In this document: positions 63,597-64,000 of the stretch, piece by piece | How positions within the stretch are numbered: position 1 is the first letter of the stretch | Layout of the letters: each line of letters begins with the position of its first letter | The notes under the pieces: model-generated | Databases searched by the model: none | Told to the model about the DNA's origin: nothing | What the model saw: the letters and a program-made list of their open reading frames with translations, nothing else | Translations under genes and position numbers: made by a program | Assembly: GCF_006345805.1 (NCBI RefSeq) | Contig: NC_043000.1 | Span: 3,906,001 to 3,970,000, forward strand | Length of the DNA stretch: 64,000 nt | Direction: 5' to 3' | From: Octopus sinensis | Taxonomy: Eukaryota

Positions 63597-64000
63597 CCCT
63601 TTCTGGGGGGTTGATGTAACTGACTTTCTCATTCCCTCAAAATTGCTGACCTTGAGCAAAGTTGGAAAGAATTATCATCATCATCATCATCATCATTGCT
63701 ATTAAGGTGGCAAGCTGGCAGAACCGTTAGCATGCCTGGTAAAATCAGAAGAGAATCTTTTGTATTAAGAGAATCATGAACTGATATTCTTGTAGGACAA
63801 TACACTTGTACACATGCATGCAGGAAAACAAACAGGGATTTTCTGACTTCCATGGTACAATAAAGACATTTTATGAGTCTCTTGGAGACAACAGGCACAT
63901 TTTGTGGATATCTTAGGACAACAGATACACATTTTGTAACTCTGTAGAAGGGAACAGACAATTTTTGCAACTCTTTTGGAGTAACGGAGGTAGTTTTGAC

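Overview
AT-rich, repeat-dense animal genomic DNA, not prokaryotic. The SINE families and microsatellite load point to a coleoid cephalopod, probably Octopus (inference from recalled repeat consensus). The ORF track is almost entirely spurious (SINE and microsatellite translations) or covers transposon relics. The only host coding sequence I can support is one 66-nt phase-0/0 exon (13544-13609, +, IVPIRDLNILKEPRGIIKPLQW) of a synaptophysin-family gene, so nearly the whole window appears to be intron, with more than 50 kb downstream lacking a recognisable next exon. The intron contains a decayed Chapaev3-like transposon, mariner and hAT relics, MITEs (piggyBac-, hAT-, Tc1/mariner- and Merlin/MULE-like), non-autonomous Helitrons, CR1- and RTE-like LINE fragments, several tRNA-derived SINE families, a 32-bp minisatellite and a 184-bp tandem SINE array. 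The most interesting signals are (1) minimal hammerhead-ribozyme folds with a swapped G3-C8 core inside a Penelope-like inverted repeat (16505-16823; a third copy at 9524-9574), (2) a candidate recursive splice site with a downstream RS-exon at 53048/53049, (3) many closely spaced inverted repeats able to form long dsRNA in the pre-mRNA, and (4) signatures of local templated insertion and snap-back synthesis.
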